Assembly: GCA_937951895.1 (NCBI GenBank)
Contig: CALFER010000079.1
Coordinates: 4,050 to 68,049 of the forward strand
Source: an uncultured bacterium
GTDB lineage: Bacteria > CSSED10-310 > CALFER01
Reading direction: 5' to 3'
Length of the DNA stretch: 64,000 nt
The position numbers and the translations under genes are program-made. A model generated the notes under the pieces. The model did not search any database. It saw only the letters and a program-made list of their open reading frames with translations, and was not told the origin of the DNA. Of this stretch, positions 38,542 to 49,012 are shown in pieces; position 1 is the first letter of the stretch, and every line of letters starts with the position of its first letter.

Positions 38542-41500
38542 TCATTCGTATCCGAATTCCACCATGTCGATGTCTCCCAGAAGGGTCGCTGTCCCGGACG
38601 CCAGCGCCCCGACCCAGAACCGAAGTCCGGACGCACTGCCATCCACCGTCGGCCAGACGAAATTGAACACATTCTCCTCCGTCAGCCCCGCGGGAGGCGT
38701 TCTCATGCCGTAATCCAGAGTCTGCGTCCACGAGGGCCAGAACCAGTAACTGCCATATACATCGAGCAGAATGAAGACATCCGCACTGATGCCTCCGGAG
38801 CTGATGAGTCGCAGATCGAGATTGAATGTGTCTCCGGCATGAAACATGACGCCGTTCAGATCCAGATCGGGCGTCAGGTAAGCCGTCCCGGATCCCCAGG
38901 AAACAGTGACGGATCGAATGACCGGACTGCCCTGCTGAGCCGGATCGGCGGTCAGACGCGCACGCCAGCGCAGATCGGACCCGGGCGATGCGAACGAAAG
39001 CGGCATGCCGGGCGTCACGCCGTACCAGTTGAAGCCTCCGTCCGGAGATACTGCCCAGGACACGGCTCCGCCATTGAGCGTCACATCGGCATCCGTGATC
39101 ACGGCCCATCGAACCGCGTCGGCACCGTTGAGTTTCGCCGAGACTCCTGAACCGGAATCCGAATAATACGGCCGCGGATCGATCAGCGGATTATCCGACG
39201 GGAACACCCGGGCACCCGACCCGTCCAGCGCCTGATAATACGGAACAGGAATGTTGTCCGCAGAGATATGATCGAAAAGGATCACCGTAGAGTCATCAGC
39301 AGGACAGATCAGATCCCGGATCGTCACGGCATTGCCCGACGTCAGCGCATTGACCCGAGGCTCGCTCCAGTCGAACACTCCTCCCGTGATACGCTGGGCC
39401 CAGATGCCGAACTCGGTCCCGACGCGCCCCGACCAGGCGGCCACGAGACTCAGCGGAGGCAGAAACGCGACACGGGTGCCGTAACAGGTCTCCACCGGCC
39501 CGCCCATCAGTACGGGAGATGAGGGAAGGGAATAATTGATCGATTGCGCATAGATGCTGTTCGATCCGGCCACGGAAGTCGAATAGGTGACATACGCCAG
39601 CGAGCCGTAGACCATCAGATCCGGATTGCGTTTGCTCACGCCGTCATCCGGATCGACTCTCACGTTCGGGAAAGCGACTGAACCATCCGACAGCACCCGG
39701 GTATAATAAACGTGATACCCGCTGACATGATCGTCCACCCACAATACTCCCGCGGAGCCGTCCGCAAATACCTCGAGCCGGATGTCGTCGTACGTCGTCA
39801 GGGAGGTATCACTGATCTTGATATCAGCCGGGAAAACACGAGCACCGGGACTGGTCACCACCTGATAGTAAATGCCGCGATCCGGATCACGCAGATCCGC
39901 CCAGGCCACGGCGGCTCTCCCGAGCGAATCGATACCGATATCGAACGTGTACGTGGCATATCCGGCCAGATCGCTGATCCGGAAGGAATCTCCGATCGGT
40001 GTCCAATCCGGATTGAACCATTGCCCTCTCATGATTGCCGGAACGGTGGGCCAGCCATCCGAATCGACCCATACCACGACCCGCTTGCCATCCGGCGCTT
40101 GCGCGGCCGTTGCCTGGCTGTAGGGTGTTTCCGCGAGAAACTCGTCATGCGCACCGATGCGGGTCGCGGGATCGCTGAACGATCGGCTGAACGTATCGAA
40201 CGCGCCATTGCGGGTATCCATCCAGGTCACGGAAAAACCGCCGCCATCCTCACTTCCCTTGATGAACGAGGCGTTGCCGGCCGTTGTGTCGCCGGGCATG
40301 TTGACGAATTCTCTCGCCCGATCCCAGACGGCCCCTCCGTCATCCGTCAACGCCATGGCCACCGTCTTGAGCAGAAACAGTTCCTGACCGTGTTGTGCCA
40401 CAGCCATGACTCCGGTGCCGATCGAGTACACGAGTTGAAACGCCCGGAGAGCCATCCAGTCGACACTCGAGAAATCAACCGCTTCAGGTTGAGAAGCCGG
40501 AAAATTGCCCATGAAGTCGATCAGCCGCGTGTAGGGTGCCCAGTTCCCCTCGAACGGCGATCCCATCCCGACCAGAACCCCTGACGGCGTGATCGCGATC
40601 GCGCTGTTGTCGATGCGCTCATCCATGCTCCAGACGACGCGATCCGACAGCCAGAGCGCATTTCCGTTGAAATCGCGATACATGATCTCGACCGATTCGA
40701 GCGGATATACATTCTCCTTGTAGGAAATGAACAGACCGAAACCCTCCAGAAGCGCGATCAGAGGACTCCGCTGCTCATTGAGAGTCTCCACCGGAACAGC
40801 CACCCCGTTGATCCAGGAAGGCGCACCCGAACTGTCGATCCGGGTCATCAGAATATCGGAGTTCTCCTCCCAGACCACGAACGATCGACCCGCGGTATCG
40901 ACCGCGACCTTCGGAGTCCGCTCCTGGGTCGCTCCGCCGGGCTGAACCGGAACATCGGCAGACGACCAGATCCGATTGCCGTCCACATCGAGTTTCTGGG
41001 CGAAAATCCGCTGATCCCCAAGACGCGAATCCTCCCAGACGATGACGACAGACTCGAGCGGACCGGCGGCGATATCGCAGGCACCCTTGTTCTCGAGACT
41101 CATGTTCTGATTGACCACAACAGGCATCGCCCACTGTTCGCTCCCGCTCGAGTCGAACCGGTGCGCATAGATCCGATTGCCCGGGTTTCCAACCGCCCAG
41201 GCCAGCGCAATGTCCATCCCGGACACGGCGATCGCACTCCCGGCAATGTAATCGGTCGACGTCGCCACACGCTTCATCTCGGGCCATTCGGGCCGAGCGT
41301 TCCCGTCATACCTCTGAAGATACAGGGAGTACATTCCACCGCTGAGCGCCTCATATAGTGCGATGAAACCTCCGGAGGGATACGAAACGGTCTGAACGAG
41401 TTTCGGGGTCAGAGCGGATTCCGTTCTGTACAAAGAAAGCGACTGACTGAACACGTTCCAGTCGGCGGATGTGAGTGCCGGATCATTATGCGAGTAATCC

Positions 41501-41586
41501 GAAAATGTTTCGGTGTAGGTCGCCGCGGATGCGGAGGCGGCGAGCAGGATTGCGATCAATGTACTGTATAGACTGTGTTTCCACAT
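38542..41586 (-). CDS. Large secreted repeat protein (I.AQ..D..G...W repeats) with the recurrent C-terminal domain
   Basis: AAGGAG RBS before ATG 41586; signal peptide; C-terminal [14 protein letters not shown]...FVWP...GLRFWVGA...EFGYE. Confidence 0.78.
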   Translation of the reverse strand: MWKHSLYSTLIAILLAASASAATYTETFSDYSHNDPALTSADWNVFSQSLSLYRTESALTPKLVQTVSYPSGGFIALYEALSGGMYSLYLQRYDGNARPEWPEMKRVATSTDYIAGSAIAVSGMDIALAWAVGNPGNRIYAHRFDSSGSEQWAMPVVVNQNMSLENKGACDIAAGPLESVVIVWEDSRLGDQRIFAQKLDVDGNRIWSSADVPVQPGGATQERTPKVAVDTAGRSFVVWEENSDILMTRIDSSGAPSWINGVAVPVETLNEQRSPLIALLEGFGLFISYKENVYPLESVEIMYRDFNGNALWLSDRVVWSMDERIDNSAIAITPSGVLVGMGSPFEGNWAPYTRLIDFMGNFPASQPEAVDFSSVDWMALRAFQLVYSIGTGVMAVAQHGQELFLLKTVAMALTDDGGAVWDRAREFVNMPGDTTAGNASFIKGSEDGGGFSVTWMDTRNGAFDTFSRSFSDPATRIGAHDEFLAETPYSQATAAQAPDGKRVVVWVDSDGWPTVPAIMRGQWFNPDWTPIGDSFRISDLAGYATYTFDIGIDSLGRAAVAWADLRDPDRGIYYQVVTSPGARVFPADIKISDTSLTTYDDIRLEVFADGSAGVLWVDDHVSGYHVYYTRVLSDGSVAFPNVRVDPDDGVSKRNPDLMVYGSLAYVTYSTSVAGSNSIYAQSINYSLPSSPVLMGGPVETCYGTRVAFLPPLSLVAAWSGRVGTEFGIWAQRITGGVFDWSEPRVNALTSGNAVTIRDLICPADDSTVILFDHISADNIPVPYYQALDGSGARVFPSDNPLIDPRPYYSDSGSGVSAKLNGADAVRWAVITDADVTLNGGAVSWAVSPDGGFNWYGVTPGMPLSFASPGSDLRWRARLTADPAQQGSPVIRSVTVSWGSGTAYLTPDLDLNGVMFHAGDTFNLDLRLISSGGISADVFILLDVYGSYWFWPSWTQTLDYGMRTPPAGLTEENVFNFVWPTVDGSASGLRFWVGALASGTATLLGDIDMVEFGYE

Positions 41587-41746
41587 GGTGAAGACTCCTT
41601 TCAGGGCAGCGTCCGGGACGCAATTCCAGACAATTATTATCAAGTATAATCGGAGCGCGGATCGATGTCAAGCTCGCATAAAGATAGAGAATTTTCTTTA
41701 CGCCGCACGACCGGACCTTGTATGTTTGTTCGAGGCGGCACGACGG

Positions 41747-44230
41747 ATGATCAGTTCCATTGTTCGAAATGCATTTCTTTCCATGGCGGCATCGCCGCTT
41801 GTTCCGACTGCGCTTGCGTGTTCCGACGCGTTGAAGCGGAGGCGTCTCGGGAGATTTTTCCTGGTCCTGTTTCCGGGACTTTTCTTTTTGGGCCTCGAGA
41901 TCGTCGTTGCCTTTTTCATTCCGATCCACTGGACGCATCTCTGGATCACGCTCGCGGTGATTTCGCTCGGTCATGGAACGCTCACCTCGCTTCTGATGCC
42001 AAACGATGCGGCTTCCTCCCGGTCGGACACTCCTCCATGGACGATTTGGCCTGCCTGGGTGCTGTTTACCATCGTTCTGCTGGCGCCATTCGCTTTGCTC
42101 ATCAGCCTTCTGGTGAATCCGAACGGTTTCCTGTTGATGTTCAAACCGGGGTATTTCCGCTGGTCTCTGGCCCTCAACTTACTCATCGGCATCCCGTTCG
42201 GTATCTTCTTCGGCGCGATCGCCATCCGGACGTCACCGGAGAGGAACTCGAAGCGGTTGTTCATGTTCTGTGCGGCGGTATCCGTGATGATTCTGGTCTT
42301 TTCAGTCGGGATTTTCCTGATGATCATGATGGAGGAGTCGATCGGCAACGACGGGGGTGCACTTCAGTCTCAGATGGCCCTTTACAAATATCTGATCGGC
42401 GTTGAGATCGGAGTTCTTTTCGTGCTGTCACCCCTTGCATGCATCGTGATTCTCATGAGGAGTCTTCGACTGAAATCGTTGTTGAATCGCGCGGTCTTCT
42501 GTCTGCTTCTGGTGTTCTGTGTGTTCACGCAAATGATGATTCTCGACAATGAATTCGTGTTCATGGTCCGAGAAAAAAACGCCAATCGGAGTCTTGGTGA
42601 AAAAAACTGGAGCGATGCGTGCAGAATCTATCGTTTCCTTGAAACGCGGAGCCCGAAAAATGTTCGAATGCCGGGAACGCTGATCAACTGGTCCGTGGCG
42701 GCGCTGCTGTCCGGAAATCAGGCAGACTGGTCACATATCCTGGACGCATCGACCCGGATACCGGATAATTACATCGAATCCGGCGCCAATTATGCTCTCA
42801 GGGAGATGGCGGCCCGAGCAGCCCCGATTCGTTCGAGCACCTTGATCGATCTCGATCCGGTAAACCCTGAACCCTATCTGGACAGCAACTGGTGCGCATT
42901 CCTGAGTGTCGCCCGGAAAATGACCGGCATGCCGAGTGAGTCTCAGTTGAAGTACCGCCTGAAACTGCTTTCACCGGTCGTCGACGAGATCCAGGTCGCT
43001 CCGTTGAGTAATCTGTCTGATCTCAGGATCGCCGCAACCGCATACGATCTCGAACCCGTTCTGATCCATCCTTCTGACATACCGGCAGCGATTGAGCGAG
43101 GGATTCCGGTTCTGGTCTGTGAATCGAGTCGGAATGGAAATCTTTTCTGGAACATCATCATCGGCGCTGAACCGTCGACGAATACCCTCATCTTCTTCTC
43201 GACAGAGTTCTACAGTCTGGTCGACAGTGCGGAACTGAAGCAGGAGGGGGTAGAGGCCCTGATTACAGGTGATTCGGATCAGATCGATTCGGACAGGAGC
43301 GATGCATTCTGGAAACTGATCAGTATCGACTATCTGCCGTCGCTCGAAACGCGTCTCGATCGGGATTTCGGGTGGGCACTGATCCTTTTGCCCGCAGGGG
43401 ATCCGATGCCGGACGGACTGACTCCGATTGCGAAGGATCGACTTTTCGACATCGACCGTGCGCGATCGGCCTGCCTGAACCGGCAATTCACAGACATGCT
43501 CGGGGTGCTGGATCGTTACCCGGACGAAGCCTGGTCGAAGGCCTTGCGGATCATGTCGGCGTATATCACCCGGCCGCTGTTCACGGACATTGTATTTCCA
43601 TCCGAAGAACGGGATCGGTTGCTGGCGGAGTGCGCGCGCCCGGAATTCATTGAAGCGATGGATTCATGGTCTTTACTGATGCTGACATCGCTGATTCCCG
43701 ACACCATTCCTCTCGATAGCCGGACGGCGCTGGTCGTTTTCAGACGGTTATCCGATCTCGAACCAACCTACTCGTCGTATTTTCAGAAGTACATCGAGAC
43801 GGCCGTGTTGCTGGGAGATGAACCGGAAGCGGTTCATGCCGCCCGTCATTATCTGAAAACCTCGCTGCACGATGGCGAAAGCCTGATCCAGTTACTCGGA
43901 GAACTCGTCCGGCTGCCCTGCTCCACACCCGAAATGAAATCCCTTCTGTCCTCTCTGATCGATCATTTCCCTCTCATCATCGGCGATCCGGATTCCACCG
44001 GATTCCGGATGACACGTCATTTCGGGCAGTATTCCGCTGCCCGTGCCCGTCTTTCGGATTCTCAGGAGCAGCGTCTGAAGTGGTGGACGTGTGCCGTCGA
44101 GGCTGATCCGGACAATGCAACCTATCTGAAAGAACTCCGGATCGTAACGCTCGAACGCACCCCGGGCGCGGACGTGACGTCACTCGATCTTCGGATCGAC
44201 ACGTTTTCACTTCCGGAGAAATCGTTATGA
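41747..44230 (+). CDS. Multi-TM membrane protein with degenerate C39-like peptidase domain and TPR-like region
   Basis: About 7 N-terminal TM segments; a segment parallel to the next gene's peptidase domain (AIERGIPVLV...IIIG) without the catalytic His. Start chosen at ATG 41747. Confidence 0.6.
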   Translation: MISSIVRNAFLSMAASPLVPTALACSDALKRRRLGRFFLVLFPGLFFLGLEIVVAFFIPIHWTHLWITLAVISLGHGTLTSLLMPNDAASSRSDTPPWTIWPAWVLFTIVLLAPFALLISLLVNPNGFLLMFKPGYFRWSLALNLLIGIPFGIFFGAIAIRTSPERNSKRLFMFCAAVSVMILVFSVGIFLMIMMEESIGNDGGALQSQMALYKYLIGVEIGVLFVLSPLACIVILMRSLRLKSLLNRAVFCLLLVFCVFTQMMILDNEFVFMVREKNANRSLGEKNWSDACRIYRFLETRSPKNVRMPGTLINWSVAALLSGNQADWSHILDASTRIPDNYIESGANYALREMAARAAPIRSSTLIDLDPVNPEPYLDSNWCAFLSVARKMTGMPSESQLKYRLKLLSPVVDEIQVAPLSNLSDLRIAATAYDLEPVLIHPSDIPAAIERGIPVLVCESSRNGNLFWNIIIGAEPSTNTLIFFSTEFYSLVDSAELKQEGVEALITGDSDQIDSDRSDAFWKLISIDYLPSLETRLDRDFGWALILLPAGDPMPDGLTPIAKDRLFDIDRARSACLNRQFTDMLGVLDRYPDEAWSKALRIMSAYITRPLFTDIVFPSEERDRLLAECARPEFIEAMDSWSLLMLTSLIPDTIPLDSRTALVVFRRLSDLEPTYSSYFQKYIETAVLLGDEPEAVHAARHYLKTSLHDGESLIQLLGELVRLPCSTPEMKSLLSSLIDHFPLIIGDPDSTGFRMTRHFGQYSAARARLSDSQEQRLKWWTCAVEADPDNATYLKELRIVTLERTPGADVTSLDLRIDTFSLPEKSL

Positions 44231-46659
44231 AGCGTTCGATTCACCCGGTCGGATTGATATTCCTGGGGCTGTTCGCGACGCCGGTCGCGGTCGCATGGAT
44301 GATTGACCGGGAACGCCTCAGAATCGCTGATCCGGGGCGCAGATATCGCCTGTTCCCGTGGATCTCCCTGCTTTGCGCCGCTCTGTTTCTGACGCTGACC
44401 ATCATCCCGATCAAGTGGAGTTACGCCGCCTGGATCTGGAGCGGCACCGTGCTTCTCCTGTCGATCATCCTGGCACTGACCGCGTACATGCGGAATCCGG
44501 ACGAAGAAAAAGCCGAACCGAACAAGGGCTGGGCGATCCAGACTCTCGCGGCTGTTCCTTTCGTTCTCTTTCCGGCATTCGCCGTCGGCATCTTCTGCAT
44601 GATCGTAACGAACACCCTGATGAATCGTTTCTTTGTGCGATTCCCGATCTTCGCGGCCTCGCCTGACGACGTCGCAATGATGATGGTCGATTCGGTCTGG
44701 ACGGCTCTCTGGTGTCTTGTTTTCATCGGCATCTCTCTGCGGAGGGGTTTTCTGCGAAACGATTCCGAGATGGGTGTTGCGCTGGCGGCCTGGCTGTATG
44801 TGCTCATTTTGAAGAGCGTTCTCGCCGACCGGCTCCTGAAAATACTCGGGTCTCTCGCGATCGGCATTCAGACGGATCTCGCATTCTCTGATTTGATGCG
44901 GGTCGTTCTGATCTTTGCCTTTTCGCTTGCCCTTCCGTTTCTCGCGGCTTATCTGGCCTGGAACCCCGGTCGAACGCTTCGCAAACACGTTCTCGTGACG
45001 GCGGTCTGCCTGCTTGCCTCGCTGTCCGGCTGCATGTCGCTCGGTGTGATCTCGTGGGTGGAATGTGCTGCCGGTAAGTCGATCGAACGATCCGGCGAAC
45101 CCGTCCGGGCCATGAAATGGTATGGCCGCAGCCTGATCCGGCGCTCCAACCCGGAACTTGTCACCTACCTGCAGTACCGCATCGGGTTGCTCAGCTACAA
45201 AGCAGGGCAGACGGATCGGGCGATTGCGTCATTCAGGATGATCCAGACGATGAACAACGAAAACCCGGATCTTGTCGTCGCCGCCGGAAACCACCTCAAC
45301 CGGTTGCTTGAACATGCTGCCGGTGATCGTGTTGTGCTTCCGGGTGTTGAAACACGGACGGAATTCTGCCCATCGTATTGCGCGCCGAACACGCTGTCGC
45401 TGGTGTTCCATTACTGGGACATCGACAAGCGGGCGACCGAGATCGGTTCGGAGATCGCGTTGTTCTTCCAGGGATCTGCGATCACGGATATCGTTGAATA
45501 CTGCAATCGACTCGGATTCCGGCATATCATGATCCCGTTCATGGACGATTCGGATATCCGCACAATCCTGGCTGCGGGAATTCCGGTGACGGCCTATATC
45601 CCGGGACATGTTCTGGCGATATTCGGGTACGACGAGCGGCTCCGGACGTATATCGTCTACGATACGGCCTCGTGGGACATCTGGGAGGATCATCCGGCTG
45701 ACGATTTCATGATGCAGTGGAGCAAAACCAACTATACCGGAGCGATCATTGCGCCGGTCGATGCATCCCCTGAGATCAATGCGGTGTGTGGCCGGTATGA
45801 AACGCCTGCATCGAAAGCCGCCTGGTACGGGACGCTTGCGGTCTCGACGGACAATCACTGGGAAACCCGAGATTACTGGAAGGGGGCCTTCCGTGCGGAT
45901 CCGACGTATTTTCCGGCTTATTGCGCATTGGCCCGCGATGATCCCTCCCATGATTCCTCGTTCCGTTCCGTGTCGATCGAGCGGGGCATTGAAGCGGTTC
46001 AGGAACTGTATCGACGCGACCACTTCTGCAACTGGTTGTCGGTCATTGAGTTCATGGTGTTTTTGTTTCAGCAGCAGCACTATGCCGACCTGATCGACAT
46101 TGCGCGCGACATCCGATCGCTGAACGTCGAACCGGTTGATCCCGAGGATAAGCGACACCTTCAGGACATTCAGAATCTCGCCGGAATTGCATCCTATTCC
46201 ATCGGCGACTCGCTCACGGCCTTCCGTCTGATCGATCCGGAGAATCGTTCTTTTTCCGGTCTGAGTGCGCTCGTATCGGCAAAAGCGCAGATCGCTTCCG
46301 GGCAGCCTGAGAAAGCGATCTCGTCACTTGATATCGCGATCCGGTTCGGGTCCGGCGACATTGCCCGGGAGGCGATCGAGCAACTTGAGACGCTGGATTG
46401 GGCCATCGATTCCGGAGCGATTTTAGGGGGTTTCGAGGTCTATCTGAGGCGCTGGCCGCTGGACGTTCGTCGCCAGATCCGGTTCGCCGGGATGTGTCTG
46501 GACATTGAAAACCGCGGCGGAAAGAGTCAGGAAGGCCGGATGGTTCAGGCCCGGGTAGCGCTCTTGACCGCGCGGGCTCTCGCCCAACATGATCCGCTGT
46601 TGCAGTCCGTCATCGCCTCACTGGAGAACCGCCTCGGCATGGAAACCGATTCGCAGTAG
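44227..46659 (+). CDS. Multi-TM membrane protein with TPR and C39-like cysteine peptidase domain
   Basis: ATGA overlap with the upstream gene; SYCAPNTLSLVFHYW (Cys), GIPVTAYIPGHVLAIFGYD (His), VYDT (Asp). Confidence 0.78.
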   Translation: MKRSIHPVGLIFLGLFATPVAVAWMIDRERLRIADPGRRYRLFPWISLLCAALFLTLTIIPIKWSYAAWIWSGTVLLLSIILALTAYMRNPDEEKAEPNKGWAIQTLAAVPFVLFPAFAVGIFCMIVTNTLMNRFFVRFPIFAASPDDVAMMMVDSVWTALWCLVFIGISLRRGFLRNDSEMGVALAAWLYVLILKSVLADRLLKILGSLAIGIQTDLAFSDLMRVVLIFAFSLALPFLAAYLAWNPGRTLRKHVLVTAVCLLASLSGCMSLGVISWVECAAGKSIERSGEPVRAMKWYGRSLIRRSNPELVTYLQYRIGLLSYKAGQTDRAIASFRMIQTMNNENPDLVVAAGNHLNRLLEHAAGDRVVLPGVETRTEFCPSYCAPNTLSLVFHYWDIDKRATEIGSEIALFFQGSAITDIVEYCNRLGFRHIMIPFMDDSDIRTILAAGIPVTAYIPGHVLAIFGYDERLRTYIVYDTASWDIWEDHPADDFMMQWSKTNYTGAIIAPVDASPEINAVCGRYETPASKAAWYGTLAVSTDNHWETRDYWKGAFRADPTYFPAYCALARDDPSHDSSFRSVSIERGIEAVQELYRRDHFCNWLSVIEFMVFLFQQQHYADLIDIARDIRSLNVEPVDPEDKRHLQDIQNLAGIASYSIGDSLTAFRLIDPENRSFSGLSALVSAKAQIASGQPEKAISSLDIAIRFGSGDIAREAIEQLETLDWAIDSGAILGGFEVYLRRWPLDVRRQIRFAGMCLDIENRGGKSQEGRMVQARVALLTARALAQHDPLLQSVIASLENRLGMETDSQ

Positions 46660-46695
46660 AGTTCGCTGCCGGGGACGCGTCCGGGTCACGCAGGA

Positions 46696-47622
46696 TCAGA
46701 ACCGCTTCACATAGGCGTGACAATAGGGCATGGCACCTTTGTTTTCGTAGTAATCCTGATGGTAATCCTCGGCGGGCCAGAACGTCCCGGCCGGCGTCAC
46801 TTTCGTGGCAATCCTGAGGCCTTTTTCCGTCAGAATTCCGATCAGCTTTTCGATTGTTGCTTTCTGTGCGTCGTCGAGACAGAACACCTCTGACCGGTAC
46901 TGCTCGCCGACATCCGGGCCCTGGCGGTTCACCTGTGTCGGATCGTGGATCTCGAAAAACAGTTTCGCCAGAGTTTCATATGTTACGATTGTCGGATCGA
47001 ATTGGATCCGGATGGCTTCTGCGTGTCCGGTCTTCTTGCCGCAGACTTCCTTGTAGGTCGGGTTATCCGTTGTCCCACCGATGTAACCGACGGTCGTATC
47101 GATGACCCCCGGAGTCTTCCTGAAATGGTATTCGACCCCCCAGAAACAACCTCCGGCGAAAATCGCTGTTTCGGTCTTTTTTTCCGCGGGTGAGGGGATG
47201 AACCGGATAGAGACGGAATTGACGCAATGCCGGGTATTTTTGTCCGTCATCTGTTCGCCGGTGAAGACGTGTCCGAGATGCCCTCCGCAGGCTGCGCAAA
47301 GAATCTCGGTGCGTCGGCCGTCCGCATCCGGGATCCGCTTGACCGCGCCGGGGATCTCATCGTCGAAACTCGGCCAGCCGCAATGGGAATCGAATTTGTC
47401 GTTGGATCGGTAGAGGGGGGTATCGCATCGGCGGCAGACGTAGGTTCCGGAGTCTTTTGTGTGGACATATTCCCCGGAAAACGGCTGTTCGGTTCCTTTG
47501 TGGAGAATCACGCGTTCCTCTTCCGGAGTCAGTGAATTGTATGGCATGGTTTGTCCTTTCGTTGTGAGGGGGATCATCGAGACGATCCAGAGAAGAATGA
47601 TAGCGGTTATCGGGCGTTTCAT
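46696..47622 (-). CDS. msrAB: Exported bifunctional methionine sulfoxide reductase (MsrB then MsrA)
   Basis: Signal peptide; HCGWPSF, HLGHVF, RHCVNS (MsrB); FAGGCFWG, GHAEAI, AEDYHQDY (MsrA). Confidence 0.95.
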   Translation of the reverse strand: MKRPITAIILLWIVSMIPLTTKGQTMPYNSLTPEEERVILHKGTEQPFSGEYVHTKDSGTYVCRRCDTPLYRSNDKFDSHCGWPSFDDEIPGAVKRIPDADGRRTEILCAACGGHLGHVFTGEQMTDKNTRHCVNSVSIRFIPSPAEKKTETAIFAGGCFWGVEYHFRKTPGVIDTTVGYIGGTTDNPTYKEVCGKKTGHAEAIRIQFDPTIVTYETLAKLFFEIHDPTQVNRQGPDVGEQYRSEVFCLDDAQKATIEKLIGILTEKGLRIATKVTPAGTFWPAEDYHQDYYENKGAMPYCHAYVKRF

Positions 47623-47780
47623 GAGCGCCTCCTTCCTGACAGTATAACAGAAATGGCAGTTGGCGAGTTCCTGCATTGTGATTCATCGGAAGATATGGCT
47701 TAATATTTAAAATGAGTACAAAACAGCCGAGTCCCCATGACTCATCCAGAACTCGTCGTCCGTGAAGCGCCAGCGGAACG

Positions 47781-47814
47781 GTCGTCGTCGTCGTTGTCGT
47801 AATCGTCGTCGTAA
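47781..47814. repeat. Imperfect (GTC/TCG)n trinucleotide tract upstream of trpS
   Basis: gtcgtcgtcgtcgttgtcgtaatcgtcgtcgtaa. Confidence 0.75.
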
Positions 47815-48001
47815 CTGAGACATCCCGTCAATTTAAAAACCATTCACCAACAATCATCAGAGAAAAACTGTGATGTATCCGAACCCGTTCTTCGATCCGT
47901 ATTTCTTTTTTCTCTCAGAACGCTCCCCCTGCCCACCCCCATCTTGCCATCACACGCCAACCCGTCTACAATCGCCCCGAACTCGTTCCCAGGAGGCTCT
48001 C

Positions 48002-49012
48002 ATGGATCCAGCAAAAAAGAATATTCTCACCGGCGATCGCCCCACCGGCCAACTCCATCTCGGCCACTACTTCGGCTCCATCAAAAACCGCGTCAAACTC
48101 CAGGACAGCTACAATACCTTCCTGCTGATCGCCGATGTTCAGGCGCTGACCGATAACTTCAAAAATCCGGACAAGGTCGCTGCCAACGTCGACGAAGTCG
48201 CCATCGACAACTTCGCCGCCGGCATCGACCCCGAAAAAGTCACCTACGTGATCCAGTCGGCAGTCCCCGCCATCGCTGAACTCACGGTTTTTTACGGCAA
48301 CTTCTGCACGCTCGCACGCCTCCAGCGCAACCCGACGGTCAAATCCGAAATCGCCGCCAAAAAAGAACTATTCTCTAAAGGCGTTACTTACGGTTTCTTC
48401 GGTTATCCGATCAGCCAGGCAGCCGACATCACCGCCTTCGACGCCAATCTCGTGCCGGTCGGCGAAGATCAGCTCCCGATGATCGAAATGACCCGCGAAA
48501 TCGTCCGGAAATTCAACCAGACCTATGATGTCGAAGCGCTGGTCGAGCCCGAAGCGTTTGTCTCGGAAGGCGCTCGCGTCCGTGGAATCGACGGCAATGC
48601 GAAGATGAGTAAAAGCCTCAATAACGCGGTCTACCTGCGCGATCCTCCCGAGGAAATCCAGCGCAAAATCATGTCGGCCTACACCGACCCCCTCAAAGCA
48701 GCCAAATCCGATCCGGGCCACCCCGAAGGTTGTATCGTCTGCGAGTATCTCGGATTGATCGACCCGGACAACCACGAACAACTCATGGCGGACTGCCGCG
48801 CAGGCAAAATGGGTTGTGTTCAGGACAAACGGAAACTCGCCACGATGCTCTCGGACTATCTCCAACCGTTCCGCGAACGCGCCCGCCCCTTCGAGGAAAA
48901 CCGGAAACGACTGCGCGAACTCCTGCTTGACGGCACACAGATGGGCCGCAAGGTCTCCAACGAGGTACTCCGGCGCGCCAAAGACGCCATGAAAATCAAT
49001 TACTTCGACTGA
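48002..49012 (+). CDS. trpS: Tryptophan--tRNA ligase
   Basis: CAGGAGG RBS; TGDRPTGQLHLGH, YPISQAADI, VPVGEDQ, KMSKS. Confidence 0.97.
   Translation: MDPAKKNILTGDRPTGQLHLGHYFGSIKNRVKLQDSYNTFLLIADVQALTDNFKNPDKVAANVDEVAIDNFAAGIDPEKVTYVIQSAVPAIAELTVFYGNFCTLARLQRNPTVKSEIAAKKELFSKGVTYGFFGYPISQAADITAFDANLVPVGEDQLPMIEMTREIVRKFNQTYDVEALVEPEAFVSEGARVRGIDGNAKMSKSLNNAVYLRDPPEEIQRKIMSAYTDPLKAAKSDPGHPEGCIVCEYLGLIDPDNHEQLMADCRAGKMGCVQDKRKLATMLSDYLQPFRERARPFEENRKRLRELLLDGTQMGRKVSNEVLRRAKDAMKINYFD

Noticed and set aside
47700-48001. Trp attenuator peptide or T-box upstream of trpS
   Set aside because: The short ORFs at 47712, 47737 and 47762 contain no Trp codons, and no T-box consensus is visible.
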